From positions 95,046,001 through 95,110,000 of the forward strand of contig NC_042998.1 in assembly GCF_006345805.1 (NCBI RefSeq): DNA of 64,000 nt, in the 5' to 3' direction. Under the pieces are notes generated by a model. It had not been told where the DNA came from, searched no databases, and worked only from the letters and a program-made list of their open reading frames with translations. Of this stretch, positions 25,250 to 36,109 are shown in pieces. The first letter of the stretch is position 1; each line of letters begins with the position of its first letter. This DNA comes from Octopus sinensis. Lineage: Eukaryota. The translations under genes and the position numbers were made by a program.

Positions 25250-28200
25250 CAGAGTGAGGCAACTGTTGTTATAGTCACTCACAAGAACAACAGACATGGT
25301 TCATCCTCTTGAGGTCTGTCAATATTGTGTACCTGTTTGTCACTTGCTAAGATGAAACTTGTGCTTTGGTATATAGGAAATATATAGTCGATCAACATCA
25401 ATGGAAATTGCAGCTGTGATACCAGTGCCGGTGGTACGTAAGCGAACTATCCGATCGTGGCCGTTGCCAGTGCCGCCCCGACTGGCCTTCGTGCCGGTGG
25501 AACATAAAAAGCTTCATCCGACCGTGGCCGTTTGCCAGCCCTGTCTGGCACCTATGTCAGTGGCACGTAAAAAGTACCCACTACACTCACGGAGTGGTTG
25601 GCGTTAGGAAAGGCATCCAGCCGTAGAAACATTGCCAGATCAGACTGGGCCTGGTGCAGCCTTCTGGCTTCCCAGACCCCAGTTGAACCGTCCAATCCAT
25701 GCTAGCATGGAAAGCGGACGCTAAATGATGATGATGATGATATGGTGTATAATAAATTCACTAGTATAGTAGAAAGCATTCTAAGCTGTAAAAAAATTCA
25801 ACGTGTGCAACTGAAACAGCATTAAACTAAAATGACCATCTGTGTATCATATTAAATGTATTTACACCACTGAAAGGCATAGAGCAGTAAAATACTGTCT
25901 GAGAAAGAATCTTGTTATAAACATATTGTTTTAAAAATACAAATATCAGATCAAGCCTAAAATTGCCACAACAGTAACTCACAAGAATGGCAGATGCATT
26001 TCATTCTACTTGAAACTTGTCAATGCCATGTACCTGTTTGTTACTTGCTAAGATGAAATTCATACTCTGATATATAAGAAACAGTGAGTAATACATCCAT
26101 TGGTATAGCAGAAAGTTTGTTGGGCTGCAAAAACTCAACAGATGCAATTGAAATAGATCTAAATTGATATCACCATCTATTTATTATACTAAATGTATAT
26201 ACACCACTGAAAGTCATGATGCTGTGGATTTTGTCTGAGTTAAAATCTCTTCATAGACATGTAATGTTACAAGCACAATACATGTATTAAAGTGAGGTGA
26301 ACATCATTGCTGTAAAGATTCATAAGAACATCAGATGTGTTTTGCCATACTTGGGGTTTTGTCAATGCTGGGCACCTATTTGTCACTAAATTTGTTTCAA
26401 CAAATAATAAACAGTGCATAATATAGTCACTGTGGAGGTACATGGCCTAGTGGTTAGAGCAGCAGACTCATGATCAAGGGATCGTGGGTTCAAATCTCAG
26501 ACTGGGCGATGTGTGTGTTTATGAGCGAAACACCTAATCTCCACGCAGCTCCAGCAGAAGGTAATGGAAAACTTCTGCTAACTCTTACACCACAACTTTC
26601 TCTCATCTTTCCTCCTGCATCTAGCAGCTCACCTGTGATGGACCAGTATCCCATCCAGATGGGGAACCTATACCCCAATGAAACTAGGAAACTGGCCCTT
26701 GTGAGCCAGGCATGGCTTGAGAAGGAACAAACAATAGTAAAAACAAGTCACTGGTATCACAAAAAGTTTGCTGGTCTGTAAAAAATCTGTGTTTAGAGAG
26801 TATCCTGTAAAGGTGTGCCATATTTTTTTTCTGGAGATGAAACTTCACCAAGGATAGATAATAGGTGTAATTTTCACACGAGATTGTCAAAGATTATTTG
26901 CAAGGAATGAAAAAGTTTGAGCTATCCAGTAACAGGGCATTGCTCAGTATTAGAGGGCTGTTTCTCTGATAAACTCAGAATCTAAGGTTTGTTGTCAGAA
27001 TCTCTATAAAAGAGACATTTTGCATGCATAAAAATTTTTATGTTTAGGTCTTTTGTGATCTAGCATCTTCTGGTGAAAACTTGAGTGCTGATGAGTATAT
27101 GTGGAAAGATGAATAGCAATCAGCAACGTCAGACTGGGTGAGCTTAGATCCATGCATATTTGTAAATGGAGTCAAATGTTTTTAAACCAGCAGATTACTG
27201 TAGTCTGTGTTCCATTATTAGAATCTGGTAACATTTCAGATGTACGTATGTATGTATGTCGTAATTCAGTTTTATTTCAAGATTTCTTGCCAATTAAGAA
27301 AGATCCGATTTCTAACCTAGATCCAAGGGCCCTTCATTGAAATTTCAACATCAACAGGGTATTTTTTGTATGTATGTATTACGTGTGTGTGTTCATGATA
27401 AATATTTTAATATTAAAAAAGCTCAATAAAAGAGATTGCCGAGAACTGTAGAAAACTGACAGAATATAATTAGTATAGATTTTACAAAGTTTCGTCAGTC
27501 ATAAAAGTTAACCTAATATGTCTAGATGTAAAAAGAAATGTAATTATCTCTATATACACAAAAACTGGTTCGATGTTGTAGTTAAGAAAACTAGTAAACT
27601 GGGAAAATTTTTGGTTTTCATCGAAGGCTATATCATCTTTTATACATTTTGCGTTAAAGCGTCATTTCTATATAGCGATCGTATAAATTGATTCGAATTG
27701 TAGCAATAAAGATGTTGGGGTTTGTATACAAATTAGTTAATTAAACGAAAATGTTACATCCAGTTGCTGTTTAGCCCTAAGTCATCCCTTTTCGAAAAGA
27801 TCTATGATCAAAGGTATTTAAATAGTAGACGATCCTGTCCACTATTTAAATACAACGTATCCAAATACAATGTCCAATGTGACCTTCCTTTTTTAAAAAA
27901 AGGTTAGATGATTTGAAGATTTGTGAGCTATTTCTGGCAAGCCGAACAATCGCATTACAAAGAGTACCCAAAAGTATTGAATATTTGCCTGAAAATAAAA
28001 TTAAACGATATAAACATTGCTAATAAGCGTAACGTGCAGATTGCCGTACAAGTTACCGGCGAGACATTTTCAATTCACTTAGATTTCCTGTACATTTGAG
28101 AGAGGCACGGATGTTACACAATCCAATTCATTGTCCCTATAAATATAACAACGTGTAAGAAGTATAACCAGCTCATCGATTTCTGAGATACAACCTTGTT

Positions 28201-28454
28201 ATGTTATTAAATACAACACATTTATATTCCTAAAGTACTAAGGCCGGTTGGTGAAAAAAAAGCAATTAAATATAGCACATTTTGTTACACAACCTATATA
28301 TTACTTACCAGCGTTTTGTTATTGTTGTTACAGTCCATTGGGCAGGAGCTGGGGTGACAGATACTGATTTTAATCGAAACTGAATCACGTTGTGGTACCA
28401 AGAAGGTGCACCAAAGAGTCGAACTAAGAAAACTTTCGGCCCAAAACACACCAT
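6412..28454 (-). CDS. LETMD1: LETM1 domain-containing protein 1, spliced gene span (exons 28309-28454, 16856-17010, 15930-16042, 13856-13938, 11985-12174, 10947-11048, 7559-7693, 6412-6508; terminal exon not located)
   Basis: All junctions are GT-AG and phase-compatible (1021 nt, 340 codons + 1). The joined peptide tracks LETMD1 motifs as I recall them: [91 protein letters not shown]. Confidence 0.9.
7559..7693 (-). CDS. LETMD1: LETMD1 exon 7
   Basis: Long polypyrimidine tract + ttccag, donor GTTAGT; [45 protein letters not shown]. Confidence 0.85.
9584..9618 (+). ncRNA. Degenerate minimal hammerhead motif (type B)
   Basis: GTTT-CCGACAA-A-GAG ctcca CTC-GAAAC-GTT-AAAC; stems intact, core deviates from CUGANGA at two positions. 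Confidence 0.55.
10947..11048 (-). CDS. LETMD1: LETMD1 exon 6
   Basis: tttacag/GTAAGT bounded; [34 protein letters not shown]. Confidence 0.85.
11311..11356 (-). ncRNA. Minimal hammerhead motif (type C) with GAAA->AAAA core mutation
   Basis: Minus strand reads GACAC-CTGATGA-A-GGCTG...CAGCC-AAAAC-GTT-GTGTT. Confidence 0.7.
11608..11653 (+). ncRNA. Intact minimal hammerhead motif (type C)
   Basis: GACAC-CTGATGA-A-GGCTG gagggtgtat CAGCC-GAAAC-GTT-GTGTT; stem III reduced to the palindrome AACGTT. Confidence 0.8.
11985..12174 (-). CDS. LETMD1: LETMD1 exon 5
   Basis: attag/GTAAGA bounded; [63 protein letters not shown]. Confidence 0.9.
12839..12941 (+). pseudogene. Isolated 28S rRNA fragment in LETMD1 intron 4
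   Basis: CTGTCAAATGGTAACGCAGGTGTCCCAAGGCGAGCTCAG...AAGGGCAAAAGCTCGCTTGATCTTGATTTTCA matches the conserved eukaryotic LSU rRNA sequence; flanks are unrelated AT-rich intron. Confidence 0.9.
13856..13938 (-). CDS. LETMD1: LETMD1 exon 4
   Basis: cttcag/GTAAGT bounded; [28 protein letters not shown]. Confidence 0.9.
14100..14720 (-). mobile_element. Decayed APE-endonuclease fragment of an L2/CR1-group LINE
   Basis: [15 protein letters not shown] and CDFNVNN (GDFN-like) motifs. Confidence 0.55.
15930..16042 (-). CDS. LETMD1: LETMD1 exon 3
   Basis: tttttcag/GTGAGT bounded; [38 protein letters not shown]. Confidence 0.9.
16856..17010 (-). CDS. LETMD1: LETMD1 exon 2
   Basis: AG/GTAAG bounded; [51 protein letters not shown]. 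Confidence 0.9.
17295..17972 (+). mobile_element. RTE LINE 3' end
   Basis: [22 protein letters not shown] followed by the same 3' UTR tail. Confidence 0.8.
18035..19665 (-). mobile_element. 5'-truncated RTE-clade LINE with 3' UTR
   Basis: [11 protein letters not shown] (the YADD region is deleted), [13 protein letters not shown]...[16 protein letters not shown]; 3' UTR ends in catgctagcatggaaagcggacgttaaa(tga)n. Confidence 0.85.
19975..20300 (+). mobile_element. tRNA-derived CORE-type SINE family 3; partial copies near 5.3-5.5 and 13.25-13.46 kb
   Basis: Box A/B-like head followed by gtgtccttgagcaagacgctttatttc...ctccagtccactcag. Confidence 0.65.
22225..22600. repeat. Compound (TA)n/(CA)n/(TG)n microsatellite
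   Basis: Direct reading. Confidence 0.95.
23062..23990 (-). mobile_element. Internally deleted mariner transposon in LETMD1 intron 1
   Basis: Inverted termini GGTTATCCCAT(A/T)AATAA within TA runs; transposase remnants [13 protein letters not shown]...YCEQL and [10 protein letters not shown]...LPDRW...NEGEY. Confidence 0.85.
26430..26735 (+). mobile_element. tRNA-derived SINE family 4
   Basis: tggcctagtggttagagc...gggttcaaatc head; body ctgtgatggaccagtatcccatccag. Confidence 0.65.
28309..28454 (-). CDS. LETMD1: LETMD1 exon 1 (start codon; mitochondrial-presequence-like)
   Basis: aacgATGg start with an in-frame upstream stop. [48 protein letters not shown] has no acidic residues and is R/K rich. 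Donor GTAAGT in phase 2 matches exon 2. Confidence 0.75.
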
Positions 28455-29200
28455 CGTTGGTAGGAAAATACAAACAAGTATTTAAAATTCCGAGTATTAT
28501 AAGTGTGTTAATATCATGTTTGAAAAGAATGAAGTTATTAAATTGTTTGAACACATTTGTTTTGTGTTGTTGTACGAAAAGTAAATTATAAACAATTAAA
28601 ATATCGTGCCTCCTCAAAGAATATATTATGGAATCAGCGTCCGCTGACAAATGAAGTGTTTCTAAGTAAAACTATAAATACGGTGTAAACGCAAACTAAT
28701 TGCCTTAAATATTTTAGTCCGGTACCGGGAACTATTTGTCTGAGAATTTCTAATCTTCGCACTTTTAGTCATAATTTCATTCATTCACATCTAGAGTATT
28801 TTATGGGAATATTTAAGCGTTCCAGTAATTACCTGGCTGGAACGTCGTTTCGTTTCTTTTTTTTTTCCTCTTTACTAAAACTATTACAGCGTAGCTATTT
28901 TATTTATTCAGACAAATAACCTCTGTATAGAGTTACCATATTAGTTATTTTCATTATAGCTTTTTTTGAATGTTACGGTCTTATACAGCGTAGAGTTCTA
29001 ATTGCGCAACTATCAAGTCGTTAGGAGGACAACTTCATGTGGTGTATCTAGGATATAAGGTACTATTTGAACGGTGTGGACATCATTTACTTTATTTTCG
29101 TTATTGTTATTTTCGTTCTTTGAAGCCTATTTAGAACTTTACGATTACCTTATTTACGAATTGCGGATCTTTTCGCTTTGACTGGCAGATTTTTAAAATA
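28455..29200 (-). promoter_or_regulatory. Probable LETMD1 5' UTR/promoter region
   Basis: Immediately upstream of the ATG; visibly CpG-richer than the gene body; no specific element proven. Confidence 0.45.
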
Positions 29201-29339
29201 ATTTCTTTGTAACTAAACACTTTTAAACTTCGTATACTGGTAGAATGTGTTACATAAAACATCTTTGTTTTATATATTGCTAATAAATGCAATATATAAT
29301 TCTATATTCTATAATATTTTATTCTAAATACTGTATCTT

Positions 29340-29720
29340 ATTTATTAATTGCTATTAATTAATTTGGAAGGTAAATTTAAACAATATTTAATTCTAAATT
29401 GCACGTTTCCCGTATAAACTGCTAAACTCTAAAAATAATTTTAAACTCTATATTCAATTTTAAATTCTAAGTCTTAATTTTTAAATTTAAGTAATATTTA
29501 ATAGTAAATTGCACGTTTCCTGTATTTATTAACTGCAAATAAATTACCCTAAAAATAAATTTAAGCAATATTCAATTATAAATTCTATCAGTTTTTTAAC
29601 TGATTATTAATTGTTAATAATTAGTCCAAAGGATAAATTTTGAAATTACTAAATTCTAAATTGCACGTTTTCCGTAATTATTAATTGCTAATAATTTAAC
29701 CTTAAAATAAATTTAAGTAA
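29340..29720. repeat. Three degenerate AT-rich tandem units carrying AAATTGCACGTTT
   Basis: Motif at 29396, 29506 and 29658. Confidence 0.75.
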
Positions 29721-30379
29721 TTGGCATTGCCCCAGCATGACCACAACCTTTGGGCTGGAACACAATTGTACCATTGATTTATTATTTAATTGCTACCAAT
29801 TAACCCCATAAATAATCTAAACAAAATTTATTCTAAATATAATTCTTATATATTTCTTAAATAATCGTGAAGTACATTTGCTTCTTAAATGTGGTTAACT
29901 CTTAAGAGTTGATGCTATTGCTGCCACAATATTTTAAGATACTTTCCAGTAGAATCCAATTTATCATCTTTCTCTCCTGTTTCTTTTTTTTTAATTATTG
30001 TCTCTACCACGTTTCACTCTAGTGGGACAATAATTCAAAGTAGTTAAACAACACTCGTTCTTCAAAAATTGACGATGTACAGATTTTATGTCGATAGCAA
30101 TGTATATAGAGATAAATAAGTTTTAAATGGGGAGGGCATATATGCCATTAAGCAAACAATCGATTAATTAGTTGGTTACATAGTTAACCAATTGACGAGT
30201 AAATAAATAAGAAAGCAGTGTTTGTTATTGGAGACAAATCAACATACAATTACAAAAATGAAATGGTTTAGTAAACTTAGCAGACGACAAGTTTGATTTC
30301 ACTATTTGGCCGGGCTTGTTATTTCAGCCAATCAGAAACTAGTAGCCTGTGAATGTTTGTTTCTTACATCCTTCCTTCG

Positions 30380-30410
<31 letters not shown>

Positions 30411-30964
30411 ATTAAGTTAAATAATACAGTGGTTAAGTGCACGTTTTAAATGTTAAAAATAGTCATGTATAATTCTTTTGTTTATTAAATATTCACATTT
30501 ATTCTTTAACAAACAATAAATACACATTTTGTTAAACTGAGTCCATGACAATTTTCTAATTCATAAGTGTCACATGCATTATTTTAGCCAATCAGAAACT
30601 AGTAATCTGTGACTTTTTTACTGAACAGAATACAACCATTTTAGAATCACTGACGTCAAGTGTGTGGCTTTTAAACGATTTAGAAACGAGATTCTTTCGT
30701 TTATTTTTCAACAGTACACCGGACCCGCTAAAGGAAAAGCTTAATCGCATTTTGTCCGTCTATTGTTTTTAATTCAAATTCCGCTGATGTCGACTTAACC
30801 TTTCATCCTCTGAGGTTGATAAAATAGGTACCAGTTAAATTCTAGAGTCGATGTAATCGACTTACCCTGGCCCCTGATATTACTGGCCTCATGCTCATTG
30901 TGGAAAGCGCTATTTTAACTAGTCATAATATAGTAGCTTGCAAACCAATATTTTAAAATTAACA

Positions 30965-33700
30965 CAAACATTTATTTACATGAGAGAAAATCACCAGAGA
31001 ATCCTCATCCAACTGTTCCAAATCCTTCTGTCAAAACTGTATTGAAACCATTTGTGGGGAATTTTCTTTCATCACAGCAACTGGTCGCACACCACAAGGT
31101 TTAACGGAACCTTTTGAAGCAAGCCAGCGCCCTCGCAGCATTACCACGGGCGATTGCGAGGCTAAGGTGTTGGGAAAGCCAAGCGCCCTCACAGGCATCA
31201 CCTGACACCTCGGTGAGGCGAGCTGCCAACGATGACAAGAACTTCGCGGTTAGTAGCCTAGTCCCTCCGAAAGTTTCAAACGCTACAGGTTGAGAGAGGT
31301 AGTTCACTGTCAGGTCCCGATACTTCAGGGTTTTCCTTTCATTCGGCTACAGAAGCACTGACCCTTCCATTAACTGCAGCATCCAGGATGTGGGAGGGAG
31401 CAAAGGAGTCGCAGGCTGTGGAGTCCCAAATGAGGCACCTACCTCTAACCCAAGGAAAGAGGGTAAAACCATCTGGTCTTTCCATGACTTCTTAATAACC
31501 CCGACGGCTCCAGAACTGAAGGAATATTAATCTGAGCCAGGGCCCGCTTAAGGATTAAGTTTAGCTCGTGTGACAAGCGAAGTGATCAGCATTTAGGCGG
31601 CAAGACGGACTGTGAATACTTGTGGGATCGAGGGGCCTACCACAGCAGCATCTCAGTCTCCTACAGACGTCAGCTCCCACTCTGAGTGCGATGGAGATGT
31701 GGAGTTCATCTAGACTGAATAGATCACCAATGTTGGCCACAAGCAGGGCATCAATCCAGTTCCCTGAGAATTTTGCACTAGCTGGAAGTAGGTGACACCT
31801 TGAAAATTGATCAGATTGATTAAGGAGAGAGTTAAAAGAGGCACCTGAATGCAGATTGTCCTATACTCTGTTTCCGTCTATCCTCCACTGCAACCGGAAC
31901 TGACAACCCCAGTCCGTTCCACTGTGATAGAGCTTCATCCGTCTCTCTGTTGGAATTAGTCCATGTTGGAGAGAAGAGAATGTTGCCAACCAAAGGGGAG
32001 CAAGCGTGGGTGGAATAAAAAAAAACAGGAAAGAGATAAAGGCGAGCACTTACGCAGACCTAGACCCTAAACCGCTTGGGCAAAGCAGCTTGGTCGCGGG
32101 AGTCTTGGGAGAGTTTGACAGTGATCTAGCATTTGAGCTTCCTGAAGATTAGGTCGTCAAAGTATTGGCGGGACGATAGGAATCTGTAAGAGGGACTATC
32201 TCTCAGAAAATATAATAGCTTAGGAACTGGCAGGTAATTCCTAAGTATAAAAAAAACTTTGGTGGAGCTCAATTACTTCAAGGCTTTTAAAAAGTTGTTC
32301 GAGGTTAACAATTTTGGATCTAAAGATTAACTCGGAAGCTAAGTCAGTGATTGGGGCTCCAATGGAGTGGTGGGGAATTCTCCCTTACTGCGCGGATGAT
32401 GACTTCTCAACAGATTAAGCTAAAAGCATTCTTAAGGTCAAGATTGAGGATGACCATTGGGGACTCAGAGGGCAAGTTGATGAAAGCCCTGGTGGCATGA
32501 GCAGCGGCCTCGCAACTTAGCTTAGTACCCACTCTTAGCTGAGTAGGGGAAAATTCCTCGGTCAGGCAGTTAGGAACTGAGTATAGGTACACTTTTGCTG
32601 TGAACCGACACAGAGTACAACCAACTGCTATGGGGTGGATGTCACTGTTGGGGTTGATGAGATCAAATAGTTGTCCCCAAAAAAACAGGGGACGAATATA
32701 GGCAAGGACACTCTCGGACGAGAATAAGTTTAAAGACTGTGTTAAGTTCTCCAAGAGTTCGAGCCCAGCATCACCAGCTGACAGGGAGATATCATCCTTG
32801 AGATGTGGCGGTCGTAAGCCATCGATCCCAGCGCCAGAACCTACTGCAAAAGAGTCAGTTGCTCTTCTGACATTGTCAAGGGTGTAGAAAAGATGGGTCG
32901 GACCAGTGTAGTTGATCAACTGGAGGAGCCGGAGGATGTTTCTCCTTCAGTTAGTTGAGGGAGTCTGTGGTACACGGGTTGAGGGAGAACAAAAGAAAGA
33001 AGACGAACAGACCCTTTAATGCAAAATTCTTTAAGTTAGGTGGTTGACCATTGTTCGGGGTTGAGCTGATGACCGACCTGAGATGAATAGGGGTTAGGGT
33101 AGATTCGAACAGCTCGAACTGCCGTTTTAGAGAAGCGAGGGATCCCCTATTCTCATTCGTTACATGAAGGGGGACCAAAGGGAAGAGAAACAGTTTCTGC
33201 TGTTGGATAGGCAGACGTTTTTCAGCAGTTTCAAGAGAACACGGGCGAAACAAGTTCGAGCACCTTTAGGGATCCGATTGGCGAGCTTCAGCTTGGACAA
33301 ACCTTGGAAAGCAGCGACAAAATTTTCAACAGGGATTTGGACTTCAGACTAAGATTCTTTCCAACTAAGGATGTCAGATTTGAAGTGATATCGGTTGCAT
33401 GTCCAGAAAGAAAACTTTTCAGCTTGAACCTTAGTAATAGCGACGCAGCTCCTGTGGTAACTTAGACTACACAAGTGGCATTTGATGGGCTTCAATTAGC
33501 GGCTTGTGCGGATGCAGAGAACACAGCTTGAGGGTGAACTGGCAGTATCAGTGGGGTCAGCATTAGAATTAGAATTCAGACGAGGAGGGGTGAGGGAAGA
33601 ATGGCGCTGGAAGTAGAGGGGGTAGCTGAGTGAACAACATTAACTCTGGGGTGTAGGAGGCGATGCAGGCAGGCTAGCTTAACGAGAGTGATGGGGTGAA
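30965..33700 (-). mobile_element. Degenerate CRE-clade non-LTR retrotransposon (RT, zinc knuckle, restriction-like endonuclease)
   Basis: RT: SFAVGSGAGIDGLRPPHLKD...IHPIAVG...QLRVGTKLSCEAAAHATRAF...LDLKNAF. C-terminus: IALRVG..CRRLRCCCG..H..SC, LEPSGL, RPDG..FPW.RGRCLIWDST, LSLAIARGNAA. Many frameshifts; boundaries approximate. Confidence 0.85.
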
Positions 33701-34149
33701 TAAGGGGTGGTAGAGGAAAGTTAGCAGTTCGGAAAAAAGAGACCGATAGAATAAGTACTAGGCTTACAAAGAATATGTCCTAGGGTCGATTTGTTCGACT
33801 GAAGGCGGTGCTCCAGCATGGCCGCAGTCACATGACTGAAACAAATAAAAGAATATATATACATTACTGGTAAATGCCGGTTTATAGAGTTACGCTGGGT
33901 TTCTCGCCATAAAGGGTACTTCTTTAAAATATGGAGGGGGAAACGATAGAGACATAAACAATGGGGGTTATCTCCTTTTGCTGCTGGTCATCAGCTTCCG
34001 GCTGTATCGTCCTCCTTCAGCTACGCCACCTGTTGGCTATGAGGGTTAGGTAGGAGGTTATCTCCCACTCTCATCAGCAATCAATTTCTAGTTGTGGTGT
34101 AATTATCGCTAATATTGCTATTATTGCTATTATGCGGTTCCCACAACGC

Positions 34150-34480
34150 TAATAGGAATATCCTGAAATGCAGGCACAACCCGAAAATCTCCGTTCTGTA
34201 GGCACGACACCGACTCCATGCATCCAAGGAAATACATTGGATGCACGGGAACTTCCTTTAAGAAACGTCTTTCCAGCCATAGATCCACCTTCAGGGTCCC
34301 AGAAAAGAGATATGTAACATCGCCGGCCAGCCATATCTGGCAACTGAAGGAAGATAGAATTCCATACGCGATATCATGGAAAATCTTCCACCTTCTGGGT
34401 CTGTACATCAATGGAACGAAACGCTGAAAGCTATGCATAGCCGAACGCATGGAAATTCTCAAAGAGGTACGTCCTACATA
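34150..34480 (+). mobile_element. Penelope-like GIY-YIG endonuclease fragment
   Basis: KYIGCTGTSFKKRLSSHRSTF...ASHIWQLKEDRIPYAISWKI. Confidence 0.75.
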
Positions 34481-34559
34481 ACTGACTTGATAAAGCTCCC
34501 TGGCTTTTCAACGATCTTAATGTTGAGTCTGGCCTCCTTCAGAACTTTCCTAAATCTTC

Positions 34560-35150
34560 AGACTTGCTCTCCTTGGGCTGTAGCCTCTACAAACATCACT
34601 CCTTGATATCTGTCTGTCTTGTACCATGTGTCACCTTGCTTGCTTTGTCACAAACTCTCTGTATTCCATTCCAATCTTTACTTCTGTATCTAGGGCAGGT
34701 ACCACTGGTTTCATTACATATAATGCTAACTAACTTCTTTCTAGCTCCCCTGTATACCTGAACCCTATCTTTCTGATCATGTCCAGAGAAGTGCATGCAG
34801 TGCATGAAGTTCTGTACATGTTTCATAGGGTTAGCATATGTTCATTATGCTAACTAAGTTTCATAGGGTTAGCATATTGTTCATTATGCTAGCTGAGTCT
34901 GTTATCAGTATGTTGATTTTTATGTTGTGTGACAAAGCTGAGTTCTTGTGAACAACATATTTAGAAGTTATGGGCTTCATGCAATAGGAGGAGAGGAGCA
35001 GCACTCTGGTGTTCACAATCTTTAACCAATGCTCAGTATCAAGGACAAGAAGTTTATTGTTAGGGTGCCTGGTAGGGTAATCTATAGTTACCTTGATACT
35101 TTGGTGGATGGAGTTAGCTATGTGCTGGATGCTCTCCATTATGTTCTCCT
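34560..35150 (-). mobile_element. Penelope-like RT thumb/linker fragment
   Basis: IANSIHQSIKVTIDYP...LLVLD...MKPITSKYVVHKNSALSHNIK; FSGHDQKDRVQVY...PRYRSKDW. Confidence 0.65.
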
Positions 35151-36070
35151 CGGTTTCTACACTAGAGTTTCTAGAGTTTGTCCTAACTAGAATATTATGT
35201 CATCTATATACCTATAGTAAAGTATAGCAGTTGTGGATTGTTCAGCTAAGGATAGTTTAAATGTTCTGTCTCACCAGGTCATGAAAAGACCAGCCACATC
35301 GACACTAATGGCTGCACCTTGAACCAGCTTCGTGGTGTCAATCTCTGTTTGAAGCTATTCTTCTTTTTATTCTCGCATTCAATTCCCTTTAAAACAGCAT
35401 AAATATCACAATTAATTTCATATTTCTTTTTCTTTAAAATCTAGAAATGGAGTGTCTAGTCAAACTGGAATCAGTACCGTCAAGCTGTTGCCGAATACCA
35501 TGTTAAAAATCAGAAAAGGTGTAGCATGGGTTTTATTCGCTCCGTGCAGCAGCCAAACCGGCCGCCTTCTCCTTGAAAAGTAACATACCTTCGACTACAA
35601 CAAATACACGTAGATAAAGTTGCTACCATGTGTGGTTCACACACTCTGCACACCCCATGCAACAGCACGGAGTATTAACACATAGTATCTATTTCATTTC
35701 AGTAGACACCTTATCAACCCTACTAATGTCATCCATTGCTGTTTTTTAAGTACTCTCCTGGAATCAAATGTAAGTCAGGGTTTCTGATAAAAATTTTATT
35801 CTTTCTTAAAATGTAGTCCCCTTTATTAAATTCACATGCATAAAACCATTGTACCGACCACCTGTTGGGTCATTGTGTATTCCCAGTGATTAAATATCTC
35901 GCTTAGATGAACTACAACTGCATTGCTGCCTAGTTTCGCACAGTCTATGTACTCTATAACTACATACACGCGAGCGTGTGTGCGCGCACACACACATGCG
36001 TGTATGTATATATGTATGTATGGACGTGTGTATGTTGTGTGTAAACATCTGTAAATGTATGAATATATAT

Positions 36071-36109
<39 letters not shown>

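Noticed and set aside
28294-28650. 118-aa ORF in the supplied track
   Set aside because: It overlaps LETMD1 exon 1 in a different frame; the +1 frame gives the presequence-like peptide and the correct splice phase.
33960-34085. Two minus-strand CTGATGA motifs each followed by AGATAACC
   Set aside because: No stem II and no GAAA core, so not called as hammerheads.
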